Sequence record: NC_054926.1
From: Escherichia phage vB_EcoM_OE5505
DNA length: 64,000 bases
Strand: one strand, 5' to 3'
Positions 43,777 through 55,020 of this stretch are shown here, piece by piece. The translations under genes and the position numbers were made by a program. Numbering within the stretch: the first letter of the stretch is position 1; each line of letters starts with the position of its first letter. The notes below the pieces were generated by a model. That model had not been told where the DNA came from and did no database searches. It saw only the letters and a program-made list of their open reading frames with translations.

Positions 43777-44694
43777 TCAAAATTCATTAATGCTATTAGT
43801 TAATTTAGAAAGACCCGCTTTTACAAAATATGAATAAATTTTGCCACGCGGTGGTAATTTATATGAATTATAGTAATTCACAATGTTTGAAGCAATATTA
43901 TCAGGAATATAATCAAAATCAATTAGAACTAAATTTTCTTTATAACGATTATACTCAGATTCTGAGAGAAGCACCTTAGCTTGCTCACGGTCATTAGCAA
44001 TAGCTTCAACGATTGAAGTTTTCATTGAAGGAGTTCGTTCACCTTCAACTCTGGTAAACCAAAAGTCAGATCGTACTTTAACTGAAGCAACGTTATCCTT
44101 TTTGTCGCCTTTAAGGATTTTAGTCATACAGTCAATTTCAGCAGAACCGCTTTTAATTTTAACCCATTTCTTATGCATCGGTGACCATTGCTTAACATTT
44201 GGATATTTGTGAAGCTGTGTAAAGTCACCATCCGACGAAATGATTAAAATCTTGTGTCCTTCTAAAGAGAACTTTTTAACAAGAACAGCAATATGGTCAT
44301 CTGCTTCATACTTATCAATATCCATAACAATGTATGGCATATAAGCTTTCAATTCATCTATAACTTTATGGCTGGATTCAAAATAACCTTCCCAGTCCCA
44401 AGTAGATTCTTCTCGTGCTTTTCCACGGTTTTTCTTATAATAATAAGCAAAATCACGACGCCAGTATCCAGATTTCGCGTTATCAATACACAGCACAATT
44501 TTAGTGTATCCAAGCGTTTTTGCTTTTTTGACATTAAACTTAATTGAGTTCAATATCAAATGACGAACCATTGATAAATTAATTTTTTCTTTATCTGGGA
44601 AGTTTACCAGAGCAGTTGAAAGAGCAATTTGACTAAAGTCAATAAAGCAAATTCCTTCTTTGTAATCTTCATCCAGCATCATTTCTAAATCCAT
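43777..44694 (-). CDS. rnh: RNase H / 5'-3' exonuclease
   Basis: 305 aa from MDLEMMLDEDYKEG; track start is TTG at 44709. Confidence 0.9.
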   Translation of the reverse strand: MDLEMMLDEDYKEGICFIDFSQIALSTALVNFPDKEKINLSMVRHLILNSIKFNVKKAKTLGYTKIVLCIDNAKSGYWRRDFAYYYKKNRGKAREESTWDWEGYFESSHKVIDELKAYMPYIVMDIDKYEADDHIAVLVKKFSLEGHKILIISSDGDFTQLHKYPNVKQWSPMHKKWVKIKSGSAEIDCMTKILKGDKKDNVASVKVRSDFWFTRVEGERTPSMKTSIVEAIANDREQAKVLLSESEYNRYKENLVLIDFDYIPDNIASNIVNYYNSYKLPPRGKIYSYFVKAGLSKLTNSINEF

Positions 44695-44756
44695 ATGAAC
44701 CTCGTTCAATTAGTTAGATTTCTATTATATACTATCTAAATCTTAAAGTAAACAGG

Positions 44757-44764
44757 TATAAATA
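44757..44764 (+). promoter_or_regulatory. Late promoter for gene 34
   Basis: TATAAATA about 35 bp upstream of the gene 34 ATG. Confidence 0.55.
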
Positions 44765-44798
44765 CTTATTATTGAAAACACAATAGGAGCCCGGGAGA

Positions 44799-47700
44799 AT
44801 GGCCGAGATTAAAAGAAAGTTCAGAGCAGAAGATGGTCTGGACGCAGGTGGCGATAAAATAATCAACGTAGCTTTAGCTGATCGTACCGTAGGAACTGAC
44901 GGTGTTAACGTTGATTACTTAATTCAAGAAAACACAGTTCAGCAATATGATCCAACTCGTGGATATTTAAAAGATTTTGTAATCATTTATAATAATCGTT
45001 TTTGGGCAGCAACGGATAATATTCCAAAACCTGCTGGAAATTTTAATAGAATTCGTTGGAAAGCATTACGTACTGATGCCGTATATACAACCGTATCATC
45101 TGGACCATATCAATTAAAATCCGGAGAAGCAATTTCAGTAGATACATCAGTTGGCAATGACATTGAGTTTACTTTACCACCTTCTCCGCTTGATGGAGAA
45201 ACCGTAATAATTCAAGATATCGGTGGAAAACCTGGCATAAATCAGGTTAAAATAAATTCTTCAAATCAGAGTATTGTCAATTTTAGAGGTGAACAGGTAC
45301 GTTCAGTTTTAATGACTCATCCAAAGTCACAGATGATATTCATTTTTAATAATCGTTTGTGGCAAATGTATGTTGCTGATTATAGCAGAGAAGCTGCGAT
45401 TGTTACTCCATCGACTGCGTATCAAGCACAATCTAATGATTTTATCGTACGTAGATTTACTTCTGCTGCACCAATTAATGTTAAACTTCCGAGATTTGCT
45501 AATCATGGCGATATTATTAATTTCGTTGATTTAGATAAACTGAATCCACTTTATCATACAATTGTTACTACATACGATGAAACGACTTCAGTACAAGAAG
45601 TTGGAACTCATTCCATTGAAGGCCGTACATCGATTGACGGTTTCTTGATGTTTGACTATAATGAGAAATTGTGGAGATTGTTTGACGGGGATAGTAAAGC
45701 ACGTTTACGCATTATAACAACTAATTCAAATATTCGTCCAAATGAAGAAGTCATGGTATTTGGCGCGAATAATGGAACAACCCAAACAATTGAACTTCAG
45801 CTTCCGACTGATATTTCTGTTGGTGATAATGTTAAAATTTCCATGAATTACATGAGAAAAGGACAAACAGTTAAAATCAAAGCTGCTGGTGAAGATAAAA
45901 TTGCTTCTTCAGTTCAATTGCTGCAATTCCCAAAACGTTCAGAATATCCGCCTGAAGCTGAATGGGTAACAGTTCAAGAATTAGTTTTTAATGGTGAAAC
46001 TAATTATGTACCAGTTTTGCAACTTGCTTATATAGAAGATTCTGATGGAAAATACTGGGTTGTACAGCAAAACGTTCCAACAGTTGAAAGAGTCGATTCT
46101 TTAAATAATTCTACTAGAGCAAGATTAGGCGTAATTGCTTTAGCTACACAAGCTCAAGCAAATGCTGATTTAGAAAATTCTCCACAAAAAGAATTAGCAA
46201 TTACTCCAGAAACGTTAGCTAATCGTACTGCTACTGAAACTCGCAGAGGTATTGCAAGAATAGCAACTACTGCTCAAGTGAATCAGAACACCACATTCTC
46301 TTTTGCTGATGACCTTATCATTACTCCTAAAAAGCTGAATGAAAGAACTGCTACAGAAACTCGCAGAGGTGTTGCTGAAATTGCTACGCAGCAAGAAACT
46401 AATACAGGAACCGATGATACTACAATCATCACTCCTAAAAAGCTTCAAGCTCGACAAGGTTCTGAATCATTATCTGGTATTGTAACTTTTGTATCTACCG
46501 CAGGAGCTACTCCAGCTTCTAGTCGTGAATTAAATGGTACGAATGTTTATAATAAAAACACTAATAATTTAGTTGTTTCACCTAAAGCTTTGGATCAGTA
46601 TAAAGCTACTCCAACGCAACAAGGCGCAGTAATTTTAGCAGTTGAAAGTGAAGTAATTGCTGGACAAAGCCAAGAAGGATGGGCAAATGCGGTTGTAACG
46701 CCAGAAACGTTACATAAAAAGACATCAACTGATGGAAGAATTGGTTTAATTGAAATTGCTACGCAAAGTGAAGTTAATACAGGAACTGACTATACTCGTG
46801 CAGTCACTCCTAAAACTTTAAATGACCGTAGAGCAACTGAAAGTTTAAGTGGTATAGCTGAAATTGCTACGCAAGTTGAATTCGACGCAGGCGTCGACGA
46901 TACTCGTATCTCTACACCATTAAAAATTAAAACCAGATTTAATAGTACTGATCGTACTTCTGTTGTTGCTCTATCTGGATTAGTTGAATCAGGAACTCTC
47001 TGGGACCATTATACCCTTAATATTCTTGAAGCAAATGAGACACAGCGTGGTACACTTCGTGTAGCTACACAAGTTGAAGCTGCTGCAGGAACATTAGATA
47101 ATGTTTTAATAACTCCTAAAAAGCTTTTAGGTACTAAATCTACCGAATCGCAAGAAGGTGTTATTAAAGTTGCAACTCAGTCTGAAACTGTGACTGGAAC
47201 GTCAGCAAATACTGCTGTATCTCCAAAAAATTTAAAATGGATTGTGCAGAGTGAACCTACATGGGCAGCTACTACTGCGATAAGAGGTTTTGTTAAAACC
47301 TCATCTGGTTCAATTACGTTCGTTGGTAATGATACAGCTGGTTCTACGCAGGACTTAGAACTATATGAGAAAAATAACTATGCAGTATCACCATATGAAT
47401 TAAACCGCGTATTAGCAAATTATTTGCCGTTAAAAGCAAAAGCTGTAGATAGTAATTTATTAGATGGTTTAGATTCACTCCAGTTCATTCGTAGGGATAT
47501 TGCGCAGACGGTTAATGGTTCACTAACCTTAACACAACAAACGAATCTGAGTGCCCCTCTTGTATCATCTAGTACTGCTACGTTTGGTGGATCAGTTTCG
47601 GCAAATAGTACATTAACTATTTCTAATACTGGAACAGCAACTCGTCTGATTTTTGAGAAAGGACCTCAAACTGGGACGAACCCAGCTCAAACGATGACAG

Positions 47701-48668
47701 TCAGAGTGTGGGGAAATCAATTCAGCGGTGAATCGGACACAACACGTTCTACTGTATTTGAAGTTAGTGATGAAACGTCTAGTCACTTTTATTCTCAGCG
47801 CAATAAAGCTGGTAATATAACATTTAATATCAATGGTACAGTAACACCAATAAATGTGAATGCTTCAGGCACATTGAATGTGAATGGCGTAGCAACATTC
47901 GGCAGTTCGGTGACCGCACAGGGTGAATTTATAACCTATAGTGCAAACGCATTTAGAGCTATTAGTGGTAATTACGGATTCTTTATCAGGAATGGTGGCA
48001 GCATCACACATTTTATGCTCACTGAATCTGGCGACCAGACCGGTGGATTTAATGGATTACGTCCTTTATCTATTAATAATGCATCTGGTCAAGTAACGAT
48101 TGGTGAAAGCTTAATCATTGCCAAAGGTGCTACTATAAGTTCAGGTGGTTTAACTGTCAACTCGAGAATTCGTTCTCAGGGTACTAAAACCTCTGATTTA
48201 TATACTCGTGCGCCAACATCTGATACTGTAGGATTCTGGTCAATCGATATTAATGATTCAGCCACTTATAACCAGTTCCCGGGTTATTTTAAGATGGTTG
48301 AAAAAACTAATGAAGTGACTGGGCTTCCATACTTAGAACGTGGCGAAGAAGTTAAATCTCCTGGTACATTGACTCAGTTTGGTAACACACTTGATTCGCT
48401 TTACCAAGATTGGATTACTTATCCAACTACCCCAGAAGCGCGCACCACTCGCTGGACACGCACATGGCAGAAAACCAAAAACTCTTGGTCAAGTTTTGTT
48501 CAGGTATTTGATGGGGGTAACCCTCCTCAGCCGTCTGATATCGGTGCTTTACCATCTGATAATGCTATAATGGGGAATCTTACTATTCGTGATTTCTTAC
48601 GAATTGGTAATGTTCGCATTATTCCTGACCCAGTGAATAAAACGGTTAAATTTGAATGGGTTGAATAA
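44799..48668 (+). CDS. 34: Long tail fibre proximal subunit gp34
   Basis: 1289-aa ORF, same length as T4 gp34; internal tail-fibre repeat array. Confidence 0.9.
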   Translation: MAEIKRKFRAEDGLDAGGDKIINVALADRTVGTDGVNVDYLIQENTVQQYDPTRGYLKDFVIIYNNRFWAATDNIPKPAGNFNRIRWKALRTDAVYTTVSSGPYQLKSGEAISVDTSVGNDIEFTLPPSPLDGETVIIQDIGGKPGINQVKINSSNQSIVNFRGEQVRSVLMTHPKSQMIFIFNNRLWQMYVADYSREAAIVTPSTAYQAQSNDFIVRRFTSAAPINVKLPRFANHGDIINFVDLDKLNPLYHTIVTTYDETTSVQEVGTHSIEGRTSIDGFLMFDYNEKLWRLFDGDSKARLRIITTNSNIRPNEEVMVFGANNGTTQTIELQLPTDISVGDNVKISMNYMRKGQTVKIKAAGEDKIASSVQLLQFPKRSEYPPEAEWVTVQELVFNGETNYVPVLQLAYIEDSDGKYWVVQQNVPTVERVDSLNNSTRARLGVIALATQAQANADLENSPQKELAITPETLANRTATETRRGIARIATTAQVNQNTTFSFADDLIITPKKLNERTATETRRGVAEIATQQETNTGTDDTTIITPKKLQARQGSESLSGIVTFVSTAGATPASSRELNGTNVYNKNTNNLVVSPKALDQYKATPTQQGAVILAVESEVIAGQSQEGWANAVVTPETLHKKTSTDGRIGLIEIATQSEVNTGTDYTRAVTPKTLNDRRATESLSGIAEIATQVEFDAGVDDTRISTPLKIKTRFNSTDRTSVVALSGLVESGTLWDHYTLNILEANETQRGTLRVATQVEAAAGTLDNVLITPKKLLGTKSTESQEGVIKVATQSETVTGTSANTAVSPKNLKWIVQSEPTWAATTAIRGFVKTSSGSITFVGNDTAGSTQDLELYEKNNYAVSPYELNRVLANYLPLKAKAVDSNLLDGLDSLQFIRRDIAQTVNGSLTLTQQTNLSAPLVSSSTATFGGSVSANSTLTISNTGTATRLIFEKGPQTGTNPAQTMTVRVWGNQFSGESDTTRSTVFEVSDETSSHFYSQRNKAGNITFNINGTVTPINVNASGTLNVNGVATFGSSVTAQGEFITYSANAFRAISGNYGFFIRNGGSITHFMLTESGDQTGGFNGLRPLSINNASGQVTIGESLIIAKGATISSGGLTVNSRIRSQGTKTSDLYTRAPTSDTVGFWSIDINDSATYNQFPGYFKMVEKTNEVTGLPYLERGEEVKSPGTLTQFGNTLDSLYQDWITYPTTPEARTTRWTRTWQKTKNSWSSFVQVFDGGNPPQPSDIGALPSDNAIMGNLTIRDFLRIGNVRIIPDPVNKTVKFEWVE
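46131..47244 (+). repeat. Array of about nine diverged 35-45-aa coding repeats within gene 34
   Basis: Recurrent TETRRG(I/V)A.IAT…N(T)GTDDT.IITPKKL-like units in the translation. Confidence 0.6.
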
Positions 48669-48676
48669 GAGGTATT

Positions 48677-49792
48677 ATGGAAAAATTTATGGCAGAGTTT
48701 GGACAAGGATACGTCCAAACGCCATTTTTATCGGAAAGTAATTCAGTAAGATACAAAATAAGCATAGCGGGTTCTTGCCCGCTTTCTACTGCGGGGCCAT
48801 ATGTTAAATTTCAGGATAATCCCGTTGGAAATCAAACATTTAGTGCAGGTCTTCATTTAAGAGTTTTTGACCCTTCTACGGGAGCATTAGTTGATAGCAA
48901 GTCATATGCTTTTTCTGCTTCAAACAATACAACATCTGCCGCTTTTGTCAGTTTCATGAATTCTTTGTCAAACAATAGACTTGTTGCTATATTAACTAGC
49001 GGAAAGGTTAATTTTCCTCCTGAAGTGGTATCTTGGTTAAGGGGAGCAGGAACTTCAGTTTTTCCATCAGATTCAGTATTGTCAAGATTTGACGTATCAT
49101 ATGCTGCTTTTTATACTTCTTCTAAAAGAGCTATTGCATTAGAGCATGTTAAACTAAGTAATAGAAAAAGCACAGATGATTATCAAACTATTTTAGATGT
49201 TGTATTTGATAGTTTAGAAGACGTCGGAGCGACAGGATTTCCAAAAAGAACTTATGAAAGTGTAGAGCAATTCATGTCAGCAGTTGGTGGAACTAATAAC
49301 GAAATTGCGCGATTGCCAACTTCAGCTGCTATAAGTAAACTTTCTGACTATAATTTAATTCCTGGTGATGTTCTTTATCTTAAAGCACAGTTATATGCTG
49401 ATGCTGATTTACTTGATCTTGGAACTACAAACATATCCATTCGTTTTTATGATGCATCAAATGGATATATTTCCTCGACCCAAGCTGAGTTTACTGGGCA
49501 AGCTGGGTCTTGGGAATTAAAAGAAGACTATGTAGTTGTTCCAGAAAACGCCGTAGGATTTACGATATATGCACAAAGAACTGCTCAAGCAGGTCAAGGC
49601 GGCATGAGAAATTTAAGTTTTTCTGAAGTATCAAGAAATGGCGGCATTTCAAAACCTGCCGAATTTGGCGTCAACGGTATTCGCGTTAATTATGTCTGTG
49701 AATCGGCTTCACCTCCAGATATAATGGTACTTCCTACACAAGCCTCTTCTAAAACTGGCAAAGTGTTTGGGCAAGAATTTAGAGAAGTTTAA
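48677..49792 (+). CDS. 35: Long tail fibre hinge protein gp35
   Basis: 371-aa ORF, synteny. Confidence 0.8.
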   Translation: MEKFMAEFGQGYVQTPFLSESNSVRYKISIAGSCPLSTAGPYVKFQDNPVGNQTFSAGLHLRVFDPSTGALVDSKSYAFSASNNTTSAAFVSFMNSLSNNRLVAILTSGKVNFPPEVVSWLRGAGTSVFPSDSVLSRFDVSYAAFYTSSKRAIALEHVKLSNRKSTDDYQTILDVVFDSLEDVGATGFPKRTYESVEQFMSAVGGTNNEIARLPTSAAISKLSDYNLIPGDVLYLKAQLYADADLLDLGTTNISIRFYDASNGYISSTQAEFTGQAGSWELKEDYVVVPENAVGFTIYAQRTAQAGQGGMRNLSFSEVSRNGGISKPAEFGVNGIRVNYVCESASPPDIMVLPTQASSKTGKVFGQEFREV

Positions 49793-49797
49793 ACTGA

Positions 49798-49822
49798 GGG
49801 AGCCTTCGGGTTCCCTTTTTCT
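49798..49822 (+). terminator. Terminator after gene 35
   Basis: GGGAGCC-TTCG-GGTTCCC hairpin followed by a T-run. Confidence 0.55.
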
Positions 49823-49823
49823 T

Positions 49824-49831
49824 TATAAATA
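49824..49831 (+). promoter_or_regulatory. Late promoter for genes 36-37-38
   Basis: TATAAATA about 24 bp upstream of the gene 36 ATG. Confidence 0.55.
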
Positions 49832-49854
49832 ATATTAAAATAAAGGGGCATATA

Positions 49855-50505
49855 ATGGCTGATTTAAAAGTAGGTTCAACTGTAGGTGGATCTGTCATTT
49901 GGCATCAAGGAAATTTTCCATTGAATTCAGCCGGTGACGATGTACTCTACAAATCATTTAAAATATATTCAGAATATAATAAACCACAGGCAGCTGATAA
50001 CGATTTCGTTTCTAAAGCTAATGGTGGTACTTACACCGGTCCAATTACTATTAATTACGGGGTAAATAGTTATCTTCAATTAAGTAATAATGAAACCCCC
50101 ATTCGAATTCGTTCTGGTGGCGGTACCGGTAATACTCTTGTAGTTGGCGGCTCTTCCGGCGGTATTAGTTTTAGACCTGCAGGTAGTGAAATCACTACTG
50201 GACAAATTACTATTACACCAGAAGGTTTGACAACATTTACCAGGGCTGTAACGGCTCCATCGATAACTGTTACATCTACTCCTTCCGCAGCATCTGATGT
50301 TACTCGTAAAGATTATGTTGATGGAGCAATAAATACTGTTACAGCAAATGCAAACTCTAGGGTATTACGCTCTGGAGACACTATGACAGGAAATTTAACT
50401 GCGCCAAACCTTTTTTCACAGAATCCTGCATCTCAACCTTCACACGTTCCACGATTTGACCAAATCGTAATTAAGGATTCTGTTCAAGATTTCGGCTATT
50501 ATTAA
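49855..50505 (+). CDS. 36: Long tail fibre distal connector gp36
   Basis: 216-aa ORF, synteny. Confidence 0.8.
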   Translation: MADLKVGSTVGGSVIWHQGNFPLNSAGDDVLYKSFKIYSEYNKPQAADNDFVSKANGGTYTGPITINYGVNSYLQLSNNETPIRIRSGGGTGNTLVVGGSSGGISFRPAGSEITTGQITITPEGLTTFTRAVTAPSITVTSTPSAASDVTRKDYVDGAINTVTANANSRVLRSGDTMTGNLTAPNLFSQNPASQPSHVPRFDQIVIKDSVQDFGYY

Positions 50506-50513
50506 GAGGACTT

Positions 50514-53498
50514 ATGGCTACTTTAAAACAAATACAATTTAAAAGAAGCAAAACTGCAGGTCAACTTCCTGCTGCTTCAGTATTAGCCGAAGGTGAATTG
50601 GCTATTAATTTAAAAGATAAAACAATTTTCACAAAAGATGACTCAGGCAATGTTATAGAATTAGGTTTAAAATATGGAGGAACTATAAATGGATCTTTAG
50701 AGGTTACAGAAAATATAACTGGAACTTTAATTGGAAATTCTAGTACAGCTACTAAATTGCAAACACCTAGGAAAATTAATGGTATATCTTTTGATGGATC
50801 AAAGGACATTACACTAACTCCATCTGATATAAATGTAAATAGTACAACATTTATAAAAAATAATGGCGAATTACCTGTTGATGCTAATTTAGATGAGTAT
50901 GGGCCTGTTGAAGAATATCTTGGTGTTTGGTCGAAAGCAACTTCAACCAACGCTCAACCAGCAAATAAATTTCCAGAAGAAAATGCTGTAGGTGTGCTAG
51001 AAGTATTTGTGGCCGGTCAATTTGCTGGTACTCAGAGATATACAACTAGATACGGAAATGTTTATATTCGTTCCTTGACTGCTACATGGAACGGAGTAAA
51101 TGGTCCGTGGAGTGTGTGGCGAAATATTCAATCCGGTACTCGTCCACTGTCAACAACAATTGATCTTAATGATCTAGGAGGCGCTGAACACTTTGGTTTG
51201 TGGCGAAATAGTTCAAATTCTATTGCTACCTTTGACAGAAATTTCCCAGAAGAGGGGTTGTCAGCTCAAGGACTTTTAGAAGTATATGAAGGTGGAAACT
51301 ATTCTCGCACACAGAGATATACGACCAGATTTGGTGTTGTTTATACTCGCTGTCTTGCTGCTGCATGGGATGCATCTGCGCCTAATTGGGGACCGTGGCA
51401 ACAAGTCGGTAATGTCACACCAGCGACTTTCTATGATGGAGATCTGAATGATTTTAAAACTCCTGGGTTATATAATATTTTAGGCACTGATGCCGTTATT
51501 AACTGTCCTACCGGTGAAGGTTTGCCGACTGTTATTGTTGGTTTGCTGGAAGTTAAACAGCGTGCTTCTGGTGGTGCTATTTTCCAAAAATTTACTACTG
51601 CCGGAACAGGTGCAACTACCCGCGATCGTATTTTTGAGCGTGCATATACCGGCGGTGTTTGGGGTACATGGAACGAAGTATATACATCTTACTCTCTTCC
51701 AATTACTTTGGGTATGGGTGGTATTAAATCTAACTTAGCAGAGTTAGACTGGCAAACATTTGATTTTGTTCCTGGTAGTATGTTTAGCGTTCCTTTGAAC
51801 AAAATAAAGAACATGCCAGCTAATATGGATTGGGGTACGATTGACGGAAACTTAATTATGTTTTCTGTTGGTCCTAGCGAGCACACTAGCACAGGACGTA
51901 CTGTTCAGGTTTGGCGTGGTACTGTATCCCAGACAAACTACCGTTATTTTGTCGTTCGTGTGTTCGGTAATTCTGGAAATAGAACTTGCACAGTCCGCCG
52001 TGTTGTTCTTGAAGATGGTCGCCACACATGGACAGCTCAACAAGATTTTAATGGTGCTGTTAACTTCGGTGCTCCTACCAATTTTAACTCTACTGTTAAC
52101 CTTAATAACACTACCACATTTAAAACAGAAGTTAAATTCCGCTCGTCGACTGCATTCCGTATGTATGGCGGAAAATTTGGTACATTTTTACGTAATGATG
52201 GAGAGAGTCTTTATATTCTTTCCACCGACGAAGATGATCAAGATGGAAACTTTAATACAAATAGACCTTTCCGTTATGAATTAAGAACTGGTGATGTTAC
52301 TTTAGGTGGTACTAGTGGTGCTAACGTTTTAATTTTAAAACGTGATTCTCTCACCGCATTTTTTGGTGGTGATATTAACATGAAAGGCTTGATGACTTTT
52401 GACGCCGGACGTTTAGGATCACGAGATTATTTTAAATTTAACCATTGGGGTGATAGCAATAACGCTCGTGATAACATTATTCAGTTAGAAGACAGCAAAG
52501 GCGCTCATTTTTCCACTGAACGTACTTTAGCGACTGGTGCAATTAAGACTAAATTTTTTGGTGAAATTGAATCCGATGGTAAATTGGTTATTAAACGTCC
52601 GGGTGATTCTATTGTATTATCAGCACCTGCTAGTAATTCTTTGCATATTCGTGGTGACGTAGACGGGACTGGTAACTGGTATATTGGTAAGGGTGGTGAT
52701 GATAATGGATTAGCGTTCTATAGTTATGCTACTAATGCTGGTGTATACATTACAAACGCAGGGGATATCACGCTAAGTCCAAAAGGCGTCGAAATGGCTC
52801 AGGTCAATAACGTTCGATTATATGTTCATGGTGAACGTTGGACCGCTAGTCAACCAGGTGATTGGGGCAGTCAGTGGCAAGTGGAAGCGCCAATATTCGT
52901 CGATCATGGTTATGTTTCACAGGATTGTTATTATCCAATTATTAAAGGAAGAAGTGTAGTCACCAATCAAGGGTTTGTAACTGCCGTCGATCTTGGTATT
53001 CGTCGTGTCAATAACAATTGGGGACAAGCAATTATTCGTGTTGGATCTGCGGAGGCATCGCCAGCGGCTGGACACCCTAACGCGGTATTTGAATTTCATT
53101 ACGACGGTACTTTCTATTCTCCTGGTAATGGTAACTTTAACGATGTGTATATTCGTTCCGATGGTCGTCTTAAGATTAATAAAAAAGAGCTAGAAAACGG
53201 AGCACTTGAAAAAGTATGCCGACTGAAAGTTTATATTTACGATAAGGTTAAGTCTATTAAAGATCGTAGTGTTATTAAACGTGAAGTTGGTATTATTGCT
53301 CAGGACCTTGAAAAGGAATTACCGGAAGCTGTATCTAAAGTTGAAGTTGATGGATCTGATGTTCTGACAATTTCTAACTCCGCTGTAAATGCTCTTTTAA
53401 TTAAGGCTATCCAAGAAATGAGCGAAGAAATTAAAGAATTGAAAACTCCTTTCTTTACTAAAATTACTCGCAAAATTAGTAAATATTTTAAATTCTAA
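50514..53498 (+). CDS. 37: Long tail fibre distal subunit gp37, T2-type with a C-terminal intramolecular-chaperone-like domain
   Basis: 994-aa ORF; N-terminus [31 protein letters not shown]; C-terminal about 110 aa (…[28 protein letters not shown]…[16 protein letters not shown]…) resembles autoprocessed tail-fibre chaperone domains. Confidence 0.85.
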   Translation: MATLKQIQFKRSKTAGQLPAASVLAEGELAINLKDKTIFTKDDSGNVIELGLKYGGTINGSLEVTENITGTLIGNSSTATKLQTPRKINGISFDGSKDITLTPSDINVNSTTFIKNNGELPVDANLDEYGPVEEYLGVWSKATSTNAQPANKFPEENAVGVLEVFVAGQFAGTQRYTTRYGNVYIRSLTATWNGVNGPWSVWRNIQSGTRPLSTTIDLNDLGGAEHFGLWRNSSNSIATFDRNFPEEGLSAQGLLEVYEGGNYSRTQRYTTRFGVVYTRCLAAAWDASAPNWGPWQQVGNVTPATFYDGDLNDFKTPGLYNILGTDAVINCPTGEGLPTVIVGLLEVKQRASGGAIFQKFTTAGTGATTRDRIFERAYTGGVWGTWNEVYTSYSLPITLGMGGIKSNLAELDWQTFDFVPGSMFSVPLNKIKNMPANMDWGTIDGNLIMFSVGPSEHTSTGRTVQVWRGTVSQTNYRYFVVRVFGNSGNRTCTVRRVVLEDGRHTWTAQQDFNGAVNFGAPTNFNSTVNLNNTTTFKTEVKFRSSTAFRMYGGKFGTFLRNDGESLYILSTDEDDQDGNFNTNRPFRYELRTGDVTLGGTSGANVLILKRDSLTAFFGGDINMKGLMTFDAGRLGSRDYFKFNHWGDSNNARDNIIQLEDSKGAHFSTERTLATGAIKTKFFGEIESDGKLVIKRPGDSIVLSAPASNSLHIRGDVDGTGNWYIGKGGDDNGLAFYSYATNAGVYITNAGDITLSPKGVEMAQVNNVRLYVHGERWTASQPGDWGSQWQVEAPIFVDHGYVSQDCYYPIIKGRSVVTNQGFVTAVDLGIRRVNNNWGQAIIRVGSAEASPAAGHPNAVFEFHYDGTFYSPGNGNFNDVYIRSDGRLKINKKELENGALEKVCRLKVYIYDKVKSIKDRSVIKREVGIIAQDLEKELPEAVSKVEVDGSDVLTISNSAVNALLIKAIQEMSEEIKELKTPFFTKITRKISKYFKF

Positions 53499-53532
53499 CA
53501 ACAAGGGGCAACGCCCCCTTTGGAGATAAATT

Positions 53533-54333
53533 ATGGCAGTAGTTGGTGTTCCTGGTTGGATTGGTAGTTCATCCGTAAATGAAACAGGACAACGATGGAT
53601 GAGTCAAGCGGCTGGTCAATTAAGATTGGGTGTTCCTTGCTGGATGAGCCAATTCGCCGGACGCTCAAAAGAGATTATTCATACCGTAACAGCAAACCAC
53701 AATTTTAATGGTCAGTGGTTCCGTGATAGATGCTTTGAAGCTGGCGGTGCACCTATTGTATTCAATATTGTTGGTGATATCGTTTCTTATTCTAAAGATG
53801 TGCCACTTTTCTTTATGTATGGTGATACGCCTAATGAATATGTTGTTCTTAATATTCATGGTGGTGTTCATATGTGGGGTCGTGGTGGTAATGGTGGATA
53901 CACTCACTCAGGAGGCGACGGTAACGGTACACAAGGCGGTCATGTTATTCAAAATGATATCGGTGGACGGCTTCGTATTTGGAACTACGGTGTTATAGCT
54001 GCTGGCGGTGGCGGCGGTGGTGGTATTGCATATCGTCCACACTCAGGGGCAAACTGGCAAGATATCGGTGGCGGTGGTGGTCGACCTTTCGGTGGCGGTG
54101 GTGGTGGCGGTTATTCCGGTGGTGCTGCTTCGTATGAAGGTCCGGGTGGTGGTTATGACTATGGTAACGCACACTCCGGCGCAGGTGGTAATGCTGGTGC
54201 TGCTGGTCAGAATGCATGGTATGACGGTGGTAAAGTTCTTAAAGTTGGTGTTGGTGGTGCGTCTGGTCATGCAGTGTTTGGGTCTTCTCCAACTTGGGGT
54301 GCTGTTGGAGCAATATATGGTCCAAGAGTATAA
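53533..54333 (+). CDS. 38: Receptor-recognising adhesin gp38 (T2/T6 type) with glycine-rich motifs
   Basis: 266-aa ORF; conserved N-terminal domain, then poly-Gly blocks ([10 protein letters not shown]…[19 protein letters not shown]) separated by variable segments. Confidence 0.8.
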   Translation: MAVVGVPGWIGSSSVNETGQRWMSQAAGQLRLGVPCWMSQFAGRSKEIIHTVTANHNFNGQWFRDRCFEAGGAPIVFNIVGDIVSYSKDVPLFFMYGDTPNEYVVLNIHGGVHMWGRGGNGGYTHSGGDGNGTQGGHVIQNDIGGRLRIWNYGVIAAGGGGGGGIAYRPHSGANWQDIGGGGGRPFGGGGGGGYSGGAASYEGPGGGYDYGNAHSGAGGNAGAAGQNAWYDGGKVLKVGVGGASGHAVFGSSPTWGAVGAIYGPRV

Positions 54334-54363
54334 TTTGAATAAATATCCTTAAAAGGAGGGTCT

Positions 54364-55020
54364 ATGGCAGCACCTAGAATATCATTTTCGCCCTCTGATA
54401 TTCTGTTGGGTGTTCTAGATCGCTTGTTCAAAGATAACGCTACCGGGAAGGTTCTTGCTTCCCGGGTAGCTGTCGTAATTCTTTTGTTTATAATGGCGAT
54501 TGTTTGGTATAGGGGAGATAGTTTCTTTGAGTACTATAAGCAATCAAAGTATGAAACATACAGTGAAATTATTGAAAAGGAAAGAAATGCACGCTTTGAA
54601 TCTGTCGCCCTGGAACAACTCCAGATAGTTCATATATCATCTGAGGCAGACTTTAGTGCGGTGTATTCTTTCCGCCCTAAAAACTTAAACTATTTTGTTA
54701 ATATTATAGCATATGAAGGAAGATTACCTTCAACAATAACTGAAAAATCACTTGGAGGATATCCTGTTGATAAAACTATGGATGAATATACAGTTCATTT
54801 AAATGGACGTCATTATTATTCCAACTCAAAATTTGCTTTTTTACCAACTAAAAAGCCTACTCCCGAAATAAACTACATGTACAGTTGTCCATATTTTAAT
54901 TTGGATAATATCTATGCTGGAACGATAACCATGTACTGGTATAGAAATGATCATATAAGTAATGACCGCCTTGAATCAATATGTGCTCAGGCGGCCAGAA
55001 TATTAGGAAGGGCTAAATAA
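54364..55020 (+). CDS. t: Holin t
   Basis: 218-aa ORF matching the T4 holin (single transmembrane segment VAVVILLFIMAIVWY, large periplasmic domain). Confidence 0.9.
   Translation: MAAPRISFSPSDILLGVLDRLFKDNATGKVLASRVAVVILLFIMAIVWYRGDSFFEYYKQSKYETYSEIIEKERNARFESVALEQLQIVHISSEADFSAVYSFRPKNLNYFVNIIAYEGRLPSTITEKSLGGYPVDKTMDEYTVHLNGRHYYSNSKFAFLPTKKPTPEINYMYSCPYFNLDNIYAGTITMYWYRNDHISNDRLESICAQAARILGRAK

Noticed and set aside
53505-53517. Possible terminator between genes 37 and 38 (GGGGC-AAC-GCCCC)
   Set aside because: Three-nucleotide loop and no T-run; genes 37 and 38 are expected to be co-transcribed, so at most it is an mRNA structural element.
53990-54135. Possible simple-sequence or tandem DNA repeat (GGTGGCGGTGG…)
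   Set aside because: It is in frame inside gp38 and encodes the poly-Gly blocks of the adhesin, so it is coding low complexity rather than a non-coding repeat or CRISPR-like array.
53665-54352. Five overlapping ORFs on both strands inside gene 38 (53665..53907, 53708..53998, 53993..54217, 54008..54352, 54043..54270), several His/Thr/Val-rich
   Set aside because: They are translations of the GGT/GGC-rich glycine-coding repeats in other frames or on the opposite strand; they have no start context and are fully contained in the well-supported gp38 gene.
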